This document shows positions 29,965 through 39,947 of a stretch of 64,000 nt of DNA, piece by piece. The notes beneath the pieces are model-generated. The model was given only the letters and a program-made list of their open reading frames with translations, had not been told where the DNA came from and ran no database searches. Made by a program: the position numbers and the translations under genes. Source of the stretch: Bdellovibrionales bacterium (GTDB lineage Bacteria > Bdellovibrionota > Bdellovibrionia > Bdellovibrionales > JAUICD01); contig OZ253553.1 in the NCBI GenBank assembly GCA_965262715.1, positions 1,984,001-2,048,000 of the forward strand, written 5' to 3'. Position 1 is the stretch's first letter. Every line of letters starts with the position of its first letter.

Positions 29965-30349
29965 GTTCCACTAAAAATAAACCAACCTCTGGTTGTTTTT
30001 GGGCAATGAGCATGACGGCTAACGCCCTCCTAAAATGCTCATTGCCTCAAAAATCCGTTTATTTTTAGTAATGAGAATTTTTTCTTTTTTTATACGATGT
30101 TAAGGAAAATGTTGCTGTTTACAAAGCAGCCTGACGATTCACATCGTCAGCAAATAGCTAACTGCCTAAAAAGCTTGAGGTGTTTTAGTAGGAAGAATCT
30201 CTTTATTCTCTTATATCATGTTAAGGAAAATATTGTTGTTTACAAATCAGCCTGAAGGTTTACATCTTCAAGAAAATGCTGACTGTCTCAAATATCCATT
30301 TATTTTTAGTAATGAGGGTCTCTTCTTTTTTTACAAAATGTTAAGGAAA
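29965..30349 (-). repeat. Tandem array of three hairpin-element units (29965-30108, 30109-30229, 30230-30349)
   Basis: atgttaaggaaa recurs with 121- and 120-bp spacing; each unit has a different but base-paired internal stem. Confidence 0.88.
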
Positions 30350-30614
30350 TCTTTCCTAATAGTTTTTTATTTTCTAAAAAATGTGTATTCCTTTCATTTT
30401 GTTAAAATGCATCTAAGCAAAGCAGTCATATTTTTACCTTAAAAACAGTTTAAAATAGGTTTTAAAGCAATCTTAAAAAATAATTCAGCCTAATCTTATT
30501 AAAAACTGCTTGTCATAAACTTAAGTTTAATGATAGAAAGTATCAATTGTTTTTGTGTATATCAAATTATAAAATATAAAATTTGGAATAGTTGTTGTAA
30601 GAGCGTACTAAATC

Positions 30615-31633
30615 ATGAGTCGAAATCAGGTATTAATTTATATTTTGTCTTTTTTGACAATTTTTATCATTACAACATTTAGTAGCTTAGGCTTATCTCG
30701 CCGCGCTAAACTTCCTAAATCATTAGAAGAAGAAAGGGTTGCCAGATTACTTTATGAACACATACTTCAAGATAACTTAGATGGATTTACGGAGATTTTA
30801 AATAATTACCCACAATATATCAATATTGCATATTATCACCCAAATTATGATGACTATCTTACACCTTTACAATCTGCTGCTCTATTAGGGAGAGATGATT
30901 TTATAGATGAGTTATTATTAAAAAGAAAAATCGATCTATTTTCCAGAACAACAAATAAAGGTAATTCTATTCTTCACCTCTCCAGCATACCTCATATTAC
31001 AAAAAGACTTATAGACCTTACTTTCAAGCTTGAAGCCCGCAATGCTCAACTTATGACTCCTCTACTTGCACAAGCCTACAAAACAATCCTTAACAGAGGA
31101 GTTATACATACCTTACTAGAAGCTGGTGCTAACCCGGATGCAAGGACTAATATTTCAGATTAACAGCCTTACATATTTTATTTAAGCCACATCATGCACA
31201 TAGCCATCGAGAAGACCTATTAGCTATTTTAGGAGATCTTTTAGAATATGGTGCAAGCGTAGATGCTACAACCAAACAAGGTGCAACTGCTTTACACTTT
31301 GCTGCAGGAAACAATGATGCTGAAGCTATAAGGATTCTTGTCAATAAAGCAAATCAAATAGGAATTAAAGATTCTTTTATTAATACACAAAACTCATCCG
31401 GCAATACTCCACTTTCTATAGCTTATAAACATCAATCTAAAGAAGCCATCACCCAACTGCTAAAACTAGGAGCAAATCCTTTCTTAAAAAATAATGATGG
31501 TGTATCAGTTAATGGAGATGCCCGCCTTCGAAGCAGTGAAGGAGAAGTTTTTGATTTTAGTAAATTTGTCTTAGATGAAATAAGACGATATATTAAACCA
31601 TCAGTCATTTGTGCCCAACCACTGACGACCTAA
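30615..31633 (+). pseudogene. Ankyrin array copy 1 (frameshift near 31158)
   Basis: One base is missing relative to paralogs (tcagattaaca vs tcaggattaaca/tcagaattaaca). The downstream frame continues LTALHILFK...VICAQPLTT* to 31633. Confidence 0.85.
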
Positions 31634-32112
31634 CGCGAATACTTAAACAAAAGTAAAGTTTTGTATTTTGCAAAATAAAAGTCCTCATCATTGTTTTTTT
31701 ATTCTGAAAAATCCTTTCAGAAAAAAGTGTAATCTATGTATACAGAATGGACCCTTTTACTTTCAGGCAAGCGGCTAAACAGTGTCCGGAAACTGATCCA
31801 AAGAACCGATTCCGGACTACCTCAATTACCGGAATGCTAGATAAAATAAATCCTCATTTTAGATTTCATTTCTAAAAAATGTGTATTCCTTTCATTTTGT
31901 TAAAATGCATCTAAGCAAAGCAGTCATATTTTTACCTTAAAAACAGTTTAAAATAGGTTTTAAAGCAATCTTAAAAAATAATTCAGCCTAATCTTATTAA
32001 AAACTGCTTGTCATAAACTTAAGTTTAATGATAGAAAGTATCAATTGTTTTTGTGTATATCAAATTATAAAATATAAAATTTGGAATAGTTGTTGTAAGA
32101 GTGTACTAAATC

Positions 32113-33147
32113 ATGAATCGAAATCAGGTATCAATTTATATTTTATCTTTTTTGACAATTTTTATTACTACAACATTTAGCACTTATAGTTTAGGCTTAT
32201 ATCGTGCTAAACTTCCTGAGTCGCCAAAAGAAAAAAGACAAGCCACATTACTTCATATACAAATACTTCAAAATAACTTGGATAAATTTATGAGGATTTT
32301 AGATAAATACCCACAATATATTAATGCTGTATACTATTATCCAAAATATGAGGATTATATAACACTTTTACAATCTGCTGCTATATTCGGGAGAGATGAG
32401 TTTATAGATGAGTTATTGAAAAGAAAAATCGATCTATTTCCCACAACAACGAATAAAGGTAATTCTATTCTTCACCTCTCCAGCATACCTCGTATTACAG
32501 AAAGATTCATAGACCTTGCTTTCAGGCTTGAAGCTCGTAATGATCAATTAATGACTCCTCTACTTGCACAGGCTTACAAAGACACCCTTAACAAAGAAGT
32601 TATACATACCTTATTAGAAGCTGGTGCTGACCCAGATGCGAAAACAGATATTGCAGGATTGACAGCCTTACATATTTTATTTAAGCCACATCATGCAAGC
32701 AGCCATCGGGAAGATCTATTAGCTATTTTAGAAGATCTTTTAGATCATGGCGCAACGGTATATGCTAAAACCAAACAAGGCGCAACTGCTTTACACTTTG
32801 CCGCAAAGAACAATGATGTTGAAGCTATAAGGATTCTTGTCGATAGAGCCAATCAAAGAAGAATTAAACACCTCTTCATTAATATGAGGAACTCAGATGG
32901 CGATACTCCACTTTCTATAGCTTATAAACATCAATCTAAAGAAGCCACCACCGAACTGCTAAAACTAGGAGCAAATCCTTTATTAAAAAATCATAGTGGT
33001 GTATCAGTCAATGGAGATGCCTACCTCCTCTTTCGAAGCAATCAAAGAAATAGCTTTGATTTTAGTAAATTTGTCTTAGATGAAATAGCAAAATATTTTA
33101 CACCCTCAGATCGTTGTGCCCAGCCACTAATGTCTGTTGGTTTATAA
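32113..33147 (+). CDS. Exported ankyrin-repeat protein, array copy 2
   Basis: Signal peptide; GNSILHL, LLEAGADPD, GATALHFAA, GDTPLSIA, LLKLGANP. Confidence 0.92.
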   Translation: MNRNQVSIYILSFLTIFITTTFSTYSLGLYRAKLPESPKEKRQATLLHIQILQNNLDKFMRILDKYPQYINAVYYYPKYEDYITLLQSAAIFGRDEFIDELLKRKIDLFPTTTNKGNSILHLSSIPRITERFIDLAFRLEARNDQLMTPLLAQAYKDTLNKEVIHTLLEAGADPDAKTDIAGLTALHILFKPHHASSHREDLLAILEDLLDHGATVYAKTKQGATALHFAAKNNDVEAIRILVDRANQRRIKHLFINMRNSDGDTPLSIAYKHQSKEATTELLKLGANPLLKNHSGVSVNGDAYLLFRSNQRNSFDFSKFVLDEIAKYFTPSDRCAQPLMSVGL

Positions 33148-33165
33148 TTAGAAAGTTGGATTCGA

Positions 33166-33220
33166 TTTTTAAAAAGTATCTATAAATCCAAAAGTGTTGC
33201 ACTTGCTATTTGAGCCTATA
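33166..33220 (+). mobile_element. Solo IS30-like right end after ankyrin copy 2
   Basis: tttttaaaaagtatctataaatccaaaagtgttgcacttgctatttgag versus the IS30 end cttttaaaaatatctataaccgcaaaagtgttgcacttgcgatttgaag (25152-25200). Confidence 0.8.
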
Positions 33221-33392
33221 TCTTAAAAACAATTTAAAATAGGTTTTAAAGCATTTTTAAAGGACAACTCAATCTAATTTTATTAAAAATTGCTTGTCAT
33301 AAACTCAGTTTAATGATAAATGATATCAATTATTCTTGTGATATCACATCATAAAACTTATAGAGGGATTACTATTTGAGAGTGTAAGAGTT

Positions 33393-34439
33393 ATGAATCG
33401 AAATCAGGTACTAACTTATATTTTATCTTTTTTGATAATGTTTATTACTACAACATTTAGCATTTATAGCTTATCTCAATTTCCTCAGCTTCCTAGATCA
33501 ATGGAAGAAAGAAAGCTCGCCGAATTACTCCATAAACGAATATCTCAAAATAATCTTGATGAATTTGTAAGGATTTTAGATGCGTACCCAAAATATATCA
33601 ATATTATAATTATACAATTTCATCCAGAATACACACGCACTCTTACTCCATTACAACATTCCACTATGTTAGCGAGAAATGAATTTATAGATGAGTTGTT
33701 GAAAAGAGAAGCTGATCCAACTTTAACAACTTTATCCGAAGATAATTCTCTTCTTCATCTTGCTTCTTCACCTCGCACAGCAAAAAAACTCATAGATTTA
33801 GGCCTTGACCTTGAGGCTACTAATTTTCAAGGTATGACACCACTGCTTGTAAAAGTTTTCAAAAGAACATTAGATAGAGAAGTTATACACACTCTACTAG
33901 AAGCTGGTGCTAATCCAAATGTAAGAACCGATATTTCAAGGATGACACCTTTACATATCTTATTTAAGCCACATCATATATTTCATACAGCCAGCCACGA
34001 AGAAGATTTATTAGTTATTTTAAAAGACCTCTTAGATCATGGCGCAAGAGTGGATGCTACAACTAAACAAAAAGAAACTCCTCTACATTTTGCAGCAAAA
34101 GCTAATAATGTTGAAGCTATAAGGATTCTTGTCGATAGAGCCAATCAAAGAAGAATTAAACACCTCTTCATTAATATGAGGAACTCAGATGGCGATACTC
34201 CACTTTCTATAGCTTATAAACATAAATCTAGAGAAGCTATTACTGAGCTTTTAAAACTAGGATCAAATCCTTTTGTAAAAAATAACTTCCTAGTATCAGT
34301 TAATGGAGATGCCCACACTCAAGAATTTAGAGGTAGTGGAGAAACTTTAGATTTTAGTAAGTTTGTTTTAGATGAAATAACAAAATATTTTACACCCTCA
34401 GATCGTTGTGGCCGATCACTAACGTCTGTTAGGTCTTAA
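33393..34439 (+). CDS. Exported ankyrin-repeat protein, array copy 3 (most divergent N-terminal half)
   Basis: Signal peptide and ankyrin motifs as in the paralogs. Confidence 0.92.
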   Translation: MNRNQVLTYILSFLIMFITTTFSIYSLSQFPQLPRSMEERKLAELLHKRISQNNLDEFVRILDAYPKYINIIIIQFHPEYTRTLTPLQHSTMLARNEFIDELLKREADPTLTTLSEDNSLLHLASSPRTAKKLIDLGLDLEATNFQGMTPLLVKVFKRTLDREVIHTLLEAGANPNVRTDISRMTPLHILFKPHHIFHTASHEEDLLVILKDLLDHGARVDATTKQKETPLHFAAKANNVEAIRILVDRANQRRIKHLFINMRNSDGDTPLSIAYKHKSREAITELLKLGSNPFVKNNFLVSVNGDAHTQEFRGSGETLDFSKFVLDEITKYFTPSDRCGRSLTSVRS

Positions 34440-34456
34440 TTAGAAAGACGGATTCG

Positions 34457-34512
34457 ACTTCTAAAAAAGCATCTATAAATCTAAACTGTTGCACTTGCTA
34501 TTTGAACTTATA
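34457..34512 (+). mobile_element. Solo IS30-like right end after ankyrin copy 3
   Basis: atctataaatctaaactgttgcacttgctatttgaac. Confidence 0.75.
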
Positions 34513-34864
34513 ATATTTACGAAAGAGTTTTTCAAAAATTCTCAAAATTCTTTATTTTGTAAATGTATCTTGAAAAAGATCCATTTTGGAGATGTAGATT
34601 ATAGTTTACCAGTTTCTTATTTAATAGACCGCCAGATAAAATTTTTATTTTTAAGATAGTCTCCAGCCTCAAAATAACTATATTTTTATCTTAAAAACGA
34701 TTTAAACTTGGTCTTAAAGCATATTTTAAGGAATTATCCATGATGATATTTTATTAAAAAATTTGTTTGTCATAAACTCAGTTTAATGATAAATGATATC
34801 AATTATTTTCTGTATATATCAAATCATAAAGTTTGGAATAGTTATTGTAAGAGTGTACTAAATC

Positions 34865-35902
34865 ATGAATCGAAATCAGGTATCAATTTATATTTTATCT
34901 TTTTTAACAATATTTATTACTACAACATTCAGCACTTATAGTTTAGGCTTATATCGTGCTAAACTTCCTGAGTCGCCAAAAGAAAGAAACCAAGCCACAT
35001 TACTTCATAAACAAATACTTCAAAATAACCTCGATGCATTTATAGAGTTTGTAGAGATTTTAGATAATTATCCACAATATATTAATACTGCATACTATTA
35101 CCAAAAATATGATGATTATCTTACACCTTTACAATCTGCTGCTCTATTAGGGAGAGATGATTTTATAGATGAGTTATTGAGAAGAAAAGTCAATCTATTT
35201 CCCACAACAACGAATAAGGGTAATTCTATTCTTCACCTTTCCAACAAACCTCATATTACAAAAAGATTTATAGACCTTGCTTTCAATCTTGAAGCCCACA
35301 ATGATCAATTAATGACTCCTCTACTTGCACAGGCTTACAAAAGAACCCTTAACAAAGAAGTTATACATACCTTATTAGAAGCTGGTGCTGACCCAGATGC
35401 GAGAACCGATACTTCAGAATTGACAGCCTTACATATGTTATTTAAACTACATCATGCAAGCAGCCATCGGGAAGATCTATTAGCTATTTTAAAAGATCTT
35501 TTAGATCATGGTGCAAAAGCATATGCTACAACCAATAAAGGCGCAACTGCTTTACACTTTGCCGCAGGAAACAATGATGTTGAAGCTATAAGAATTCTTG
35601 TCGATAGAGCAAATCAAAGAAGAATTAAACACCTCTTCATTAATATGAGGAACTCAGATGGCGACACTCCACTTTCTATAGCTTATAAACATCAATCTAA
35701 AGAAGCCACCACCGAACTGCTAAAACTAGGAGCAAATCCTTTATTAAAAAATAATAGTGGTGTATCAGTCAATGGAGATGCCCACCTTCGAAGCAGTGAA
35801 AGAAAGATTTTTGATTTTAGTAAATTTGTCTTAGATGAAATAGCAAAATATTTTACACCCTCAGATCGTTGTGCCAAGCCACTAATGTCTGTTGGTTTAT
35901 AA
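34865..35902 (+). CDS. Exported ankyrin-repeat protein, array copy 4
   Basis: Signal peptide and ankyrin motifs as in the paralogs. Confidence 0.92.
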   Translation: MNRNQVSIYILSFLTIFITTTFSTYSLGLYRAKLPESPKERNQATLLHKQILQNNLDAFIEFVEILDNYPQYINTAYYYQKYDDYLTPLQSAALLGRDDFIDELLRRKVNLFPTTTNKGNSILHLSNKPHITKRFIDLAFNLEAHNDQLMTPLLAQAYKRTLNKEVIHTLLEAGADPDARTDTSELTALHMLFKLHHASSHREDLLAILKDLLDHGAKAYATTNKGATALHFAAGNNDVEAIRILVDRANQRRIKHLFINMRNSDGDTPLSIAYKHQSKEATTELLKLGANPLLKNNSGVSVNGDAHLRSSERKIFDFSKFVLDEIAKYFTPSDRCAKPLMSVGL

Positions 35903-35903
35903 T

Positions 35904-37251
35904 GGCCTTGTTGCACAAAGATTTAAATAGTTTTTATTTTATTTATTTTTTAAGTAAGATTGTCATTTAATATTTTTTTATCAAGCTGAAAGAGAAGAAG
36001 GCACAATCATCTGATTAAGGATTTTACATTTAATAAACACTTCATTTGCTTGACGATGAAATTCTCTAGAAGATAATTTATCACCTAATAAAGTTTTAAA
36101 TCTATACATAGCTGTTTCTGATATAGACCTCCTGTGATATTTATGTTTTTTTTTCCACTTCTTTCTACCCATCTTCTTGATTTCTCTAATATAAGTATCT
36201 CTAAGAAGCGGCGATCCTCGACAATTTCCATGCCTCTTAATCACAGCATTCTTTCTAGGTGGAGCAACCAATTTTATACTTCTATCACTTGTAAACTGAT
36301 AACAATTCTTACAGTCATAAGCCCCATCAACTGAAACTTGGCCTATCTCATCTTCATATCCTGTCAATAACTCTTCAAAAACCTCATTATCCTTTACAGA
36401 ATTATCACTCAAAACAGATGCCTTAATCTGGGAATTTGACTCATCTACCGCTAAATGTAGCTTCTTCCAGGTCCTTCTCTTAGAATACCCATGCTGACGG
36501 ACTTTCCACTCTCCCTCCCCATAAACTTTAAGACCTGTGGAATCAATGACAATATGAGGACTCTTGTGAGAAGATAGCTTTCTTTCTAGTTTTACTGATA
36601 ACTTCTGTAATCTTCTGCAAAGAGTTGTATAATTAGGTATTTCTATATCAAGACACATAAGTTCAACTAGGGATTTAGCAAAACCTTCTGTAGATCGCAA
36701 TTTTAAACCAAATATGAATCTTAATATATTAAGAGTTTCAATAGCTTTATCAGAGTAAACTTGTTGACCCCCTTGCTTTGAAGAACATTTTGCATACCAA
36801 GATTTGACGATATCTGCTGAAAACCAAAAAGTGATTTGACCTCTATTGACTAGAGACTTATTATAAAGACTCCAGTTTATTTTTTTATTTTTACCCATCT
36901 CTAGCTCCTTCTGATTTAGTGATTGTGAAAGTTGGGGATGGGTAAATTTTATAATCACTAAAAACAAAAAATCAAAGTAATAGATATCAAACTCAGAAAA
37001 AATAGAGCTTAGGCAAAAAACTTCATATATGGTGCATAATAAACATCTGTAGGAGAATTATGGCAGGCTTCTGAAATAGGACTAGGCCAGTGCCTTAGGA
37101 GAAAAATATCTATAAAGCATTCGATACTATAATAAAATCTTAAAATAATAGCAATAAAAGGTACAGAGGCCCTCTAAGGCCTATGGAAGATGCCTGACTT
37201 AATTCTCTAACTTGTATACACATATTCCATAAATCTTTGTGCAACAAGACC
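35904..37251 (-). mobile_element. IS5-family (IS903-like) insertion sequence
   Basis: 21-bp terminal inverted repeats ggccttgttgcacaaagattt and aaatctttgtgcaacaagacc (1 mismatch); no target duplication visible. Confidence 0.92.
35981..36898 (-). CDS. IS5-family transposase
   Basis: NWSLYNKSLVNRG, IDSTGLKVYGEGEWKVRQHG, WKKLHLAVD, VDGAYD, YHRRSISETAMYRFK; start MGKNKK after an AAGGAG RBS. Confidence 0.96.
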   Translation of the reverse strand: MGKNKKINWSLYNKSLVNRGQITFWFSADIVKSWYAKCSSKQGGQQVYSDKAIETLNILRFIFGLKLRSTEGFAKSLVELMCLDIEIPNYTTLCRRLQKLSVKLERKLSSHKSPHIVIDSTGLKVYGEGEWKVRQHGYSKRRTWKKLHLAVDESNSQIKASVLSDNSVKDNEVFEELLTGYEDEIGQVSVDGAYDCKNCYQFTSDRSIKLVAPPRKNAVIKRHGNCRGSPLLRDTYIREIKKMGRKKWKKKHKYHRRSISETAMYRFKTLLGDKLSSREFHRQANEVFIKCKILNQMIVPSSLSA

Positions 37252-37525
37252 GATGTAGATTATAGTTTACCAGTTTCTTATTTAATAGACCGCCAGATAA
37301 AATTTTTATTTTTAAGATAGTCTCCAGCCTCAAAATAACTATATTTTTATCTTAAAAACGATTTAAACTTGGTCTTAAAGCATATTTTAAGGAATTATCC
37401 ATGATGATATTTTATTAAAAAATTTGTTTGTCATAAACTCAGTTTAATGATAAATGATATCAATTATTTTCTGTATATATCAAATCATAAAGTTTGGAAT
37501 AGTTATTGTAAGAGTGTACTAAATC

Positions 37526-38553
37526 ATGAATCGAAATCAGGTATCAATTTATATTTTATCTTTTTTAACAATATTTATTACTACAACATTCAGCACTTAT
37601 AGTTTAGGCTTATATCGTGCTAAACTTCCTGAGTCGCCAAAAGAAAAAAGGCTTGCCAAATTACTTTATGAACAAATACTTCAAGATAACTTAGATGTAT
37701 TTGTGAAGATTTTAGATAACTACCCACAATATATCAATATTGCATATTATCATCCAAATTATGATGACCATCTTACACCTTTACAATCTGCTGCTCTATT
37801 AGGCAAAGATAATTTTATAGATGAGTTATTGAGAAGAAAAGTCGATCTATTTCCCACAACAACGAATAAGGGTAATTCTATTCTTCACCTCTCCAACATA
37901 CCTCGTATTACAAAAAGATTTATAGACCTTACTTTCAAGCTTGAAGCTCGTAATGATCAATCTATGACTCCTCTACTTGCACAGACTCACAAAACAATCC
38001 CTAACAAAGAAGTTATACATACCTTACTAGAAGCTGGTGCTAACCCAGATGCGAAAACCAGTTTTTCAGAATTAACAGCCTTACATATTTTATTTAAGCT
38101 ACGTTATGCAAGTAGCCATCGGGAATACCTATTAGCTATTTTAGAAGATCTTCTAGATCATGGTGCAACAGTAGATGCTACAACCAAACGAGGTGCAACT
38201 GCTTTACACTTCGCCGCAGGAAACAATGATGTTAGAGCTATAAGAATTCTTGTCAATAGAGCAGATCAAATAGGAATTAAAGATTCTTTTATCAATACAC
38301 AAAACTTATTTGGCGATACTCCACTTTCTAAGGCTTATAACTATCAATCTAGAGAAGCTATTACTGAGCTTTTAAAACTAGGAGCAAATCCTTCTTAAAA
38401 AATAATCTAGGTGTCTCAGTCAATGGAGATGCCCACCTTCGAAGCAGTGAAGGAGAAGTTTTTGAGTTTAGTAAGTTTGTCTCAGATGAAATAATACGAC
38501 ATTTTAAACCATCAGATCGTTGTGGCCAATCACTAACGTCTGTTAGGTCTTAA
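37526..38553 (+). pseudogene. Ankyrin array copy 5 (frameshift near 38391 removes the C-terminal ~50 aa)
   Basis: aatccttcttaaaa versus aatcctttcttaaaa in copy 1; the shifted frame continues ...VSVNGDAHLRSS...DRCGQSLTSVRS*. Confidence 0.85.
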
Positions 38554-38570
38554 TTAGAAAGACGGATTCG

Positions 38571-38626
38571 ACTTCTAAAAAAGCATCTATAAATCTAAAC
38601 TGTTGCACTTGCTATTTGAACCTATA
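38571..38626 (+). mobile_element. Solo IS30-like right end after ankyrin copy 5
   Basis: Near-identical to 34457-34512. Confidence 0.75.
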
Positions 38627-38807
38627 TCTTAAAAACAATTTAAAATAGGTTTTAAAGCATTTTAAGGGCTAAGGAATTATTCAGAGTGATATTTTATTAA
38701 AAAAATCCTTGTCATAAATTGATTTTAATTAATATTAATGGTGTTTTGTAGGGTGATAATAGGCCAAATTCACTTACCGATAGGCGATTACTTAAGAGTG
38801 CTGAATT

Positions 38808-39842
38808 ATGATTCGAAATCAGGTATCAATTTATATTTTGTCTTTTTTGACAATTTTTATCATTACAACATTTAGTAGCTTAGTCTTATCTCGCCGCGCT
38901 AAACCTCCTAAGTCGCCAGAAGAAGAAAGGCTTGCAGGCTTACTTCAGGAACACATACTTCAAGATAACTTAGATGGATTTGTGGATGTTTTAGATAATT
39001 ATCCAGAATATATTAATATTGCATCCTATTATCTACAATATGATGATTATCTTACACCTTTACAATCTGCTGCTCTATTAGAAAGAGATGAGTTTATAGA
39101 TGAGTTATTATTAAAAAGAAAAATCGATTTATTTTCCAAAACAACGAACAAAGGTAATACTATTCTTCACCTTTCCAGTATACCTCGTATTACAAAAAGA
39201 TTTATAGACATGGCTTTCAAACTTGAAGTTCGCAATGCTCAATTTATGACTCCTCTACTTGCACAAGCCGACACAGCAATCCTTAACAAAGAAGTTATAC
39301 ATGTCTTATTAGAAGCTGGTGCTGATCCAAATGCGAGAACCAATATCTCAGGATTAACACCTTTACATATTTTATTTAAGCCATCAGACCATGCAAGCAG
39401 TGATCAACAATCTTTATTAGCTATTTTAGAAGATCTTTTACATCATGGCGCAACAGTAAATGCTACAACCAATCGAAATGAAACTCCTCTACATTTTGCA
39501 GCAAGAGCTAATAATGGTGTGGCTATAAGAATTCTTGTCAATAGAGCAAGTCAACTGGAAATTAAAAATTTTATTAATATGAGAGACTCAGATGGTAATA
39601 CTCCACTTTCTATAGCTTATAAAAATCAATCTAGAGAGGCTGTCACTGAACTTCTAAAACTAGGCGCAAATCCTTTTTTGAAAAACAACCTCCGCATATC
39701 AGTTAATGGAGATGCCCACATTCAAAGTGGTAGAAGTAGTGGAGAAACTTTACATTTTAGTAAATTTGTCTTAGGTGAAATAGCAAAATATCTTAAGCCA
39801 TCAGCTCGTTGCGCTCAACCACTAATACCTGTTAGGCCTTAA
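38808..39842 (+). CDS. Exported ankyrin-repeat protein, array copy 6
   Basis: Signal peptide and ankyrin motifs as in the paralogs. Confidence 0.92.
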   Translation: MIRNQVSIYILSFLTIFIITTFSSLVLSRRAKPPKSPEEERLAGLLQEHILQDNLDGFVDVLDNYPEYINIASYYLQYDDYLTPLQSAALLERDEFIDELLLKRKIDLFSKTTNKGNTILHLSSIPRITKRFIDMAFKLEVRNAQFMTPLLAQADTAILNKEVIHVLLEAGADPNARTNISGLTPLHILFKPSDHASSDQQSLLAILEDLLHHGATVNATTNRNETPLHFAARANNGVAIRILVNRASQLEIKNFINMRDSDGNTPLSIAYKNQSREAVTELLKLGANPFLKNNLRISVNGDAHIQSGRSSGETLHFSKFVLGEIAKYLKPSARCAQPLIPVRP

Positions 39843-39859
39843 TTAGAAAGTTGGATTCG

Positions 39860-39913
39860 ATTTTTAAAAAGCATCTATAAATCTAAACTGTTGCACTTGC
39901 TATTTGAACTTAC
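39860..39913 (+). mobile_element. Solo IS30-like right end after ankyrin copy 6, marking the end of the array
   Basis: atctataaatctaaactgttgcacttgctatttgaacttac. Confidence 0.75.
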
Positions 39914-39947
39914 GGATTAAAAAAAAGTATGAATGATATCTTTATCA

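Noticed and set aside
29965..30349. CRISPR array interpretation of the 120-bp periodic repeats (GAAAC-like terminus)
   Set aside because: The repeats are degenerate, the intervening segments are homologous self-complementary stems rather than unique spacers, and no cas genes are in the window.
37053..37207. Hammerhead or other self-cleaving ribozyme in the IS5 leader
   Set aside because: CTGAAATA does not match the CUGANGA core, and no correctly placed GAAA/UH could be found by eye.
1913..39842. Diversity-generating retroelement (Avd-like gene plus variable ankyrin genes)
   Set aside because: No reverse transcriptase in the window, and paralog differences are block-wise with no evident adenine-specific TR/VR pair.
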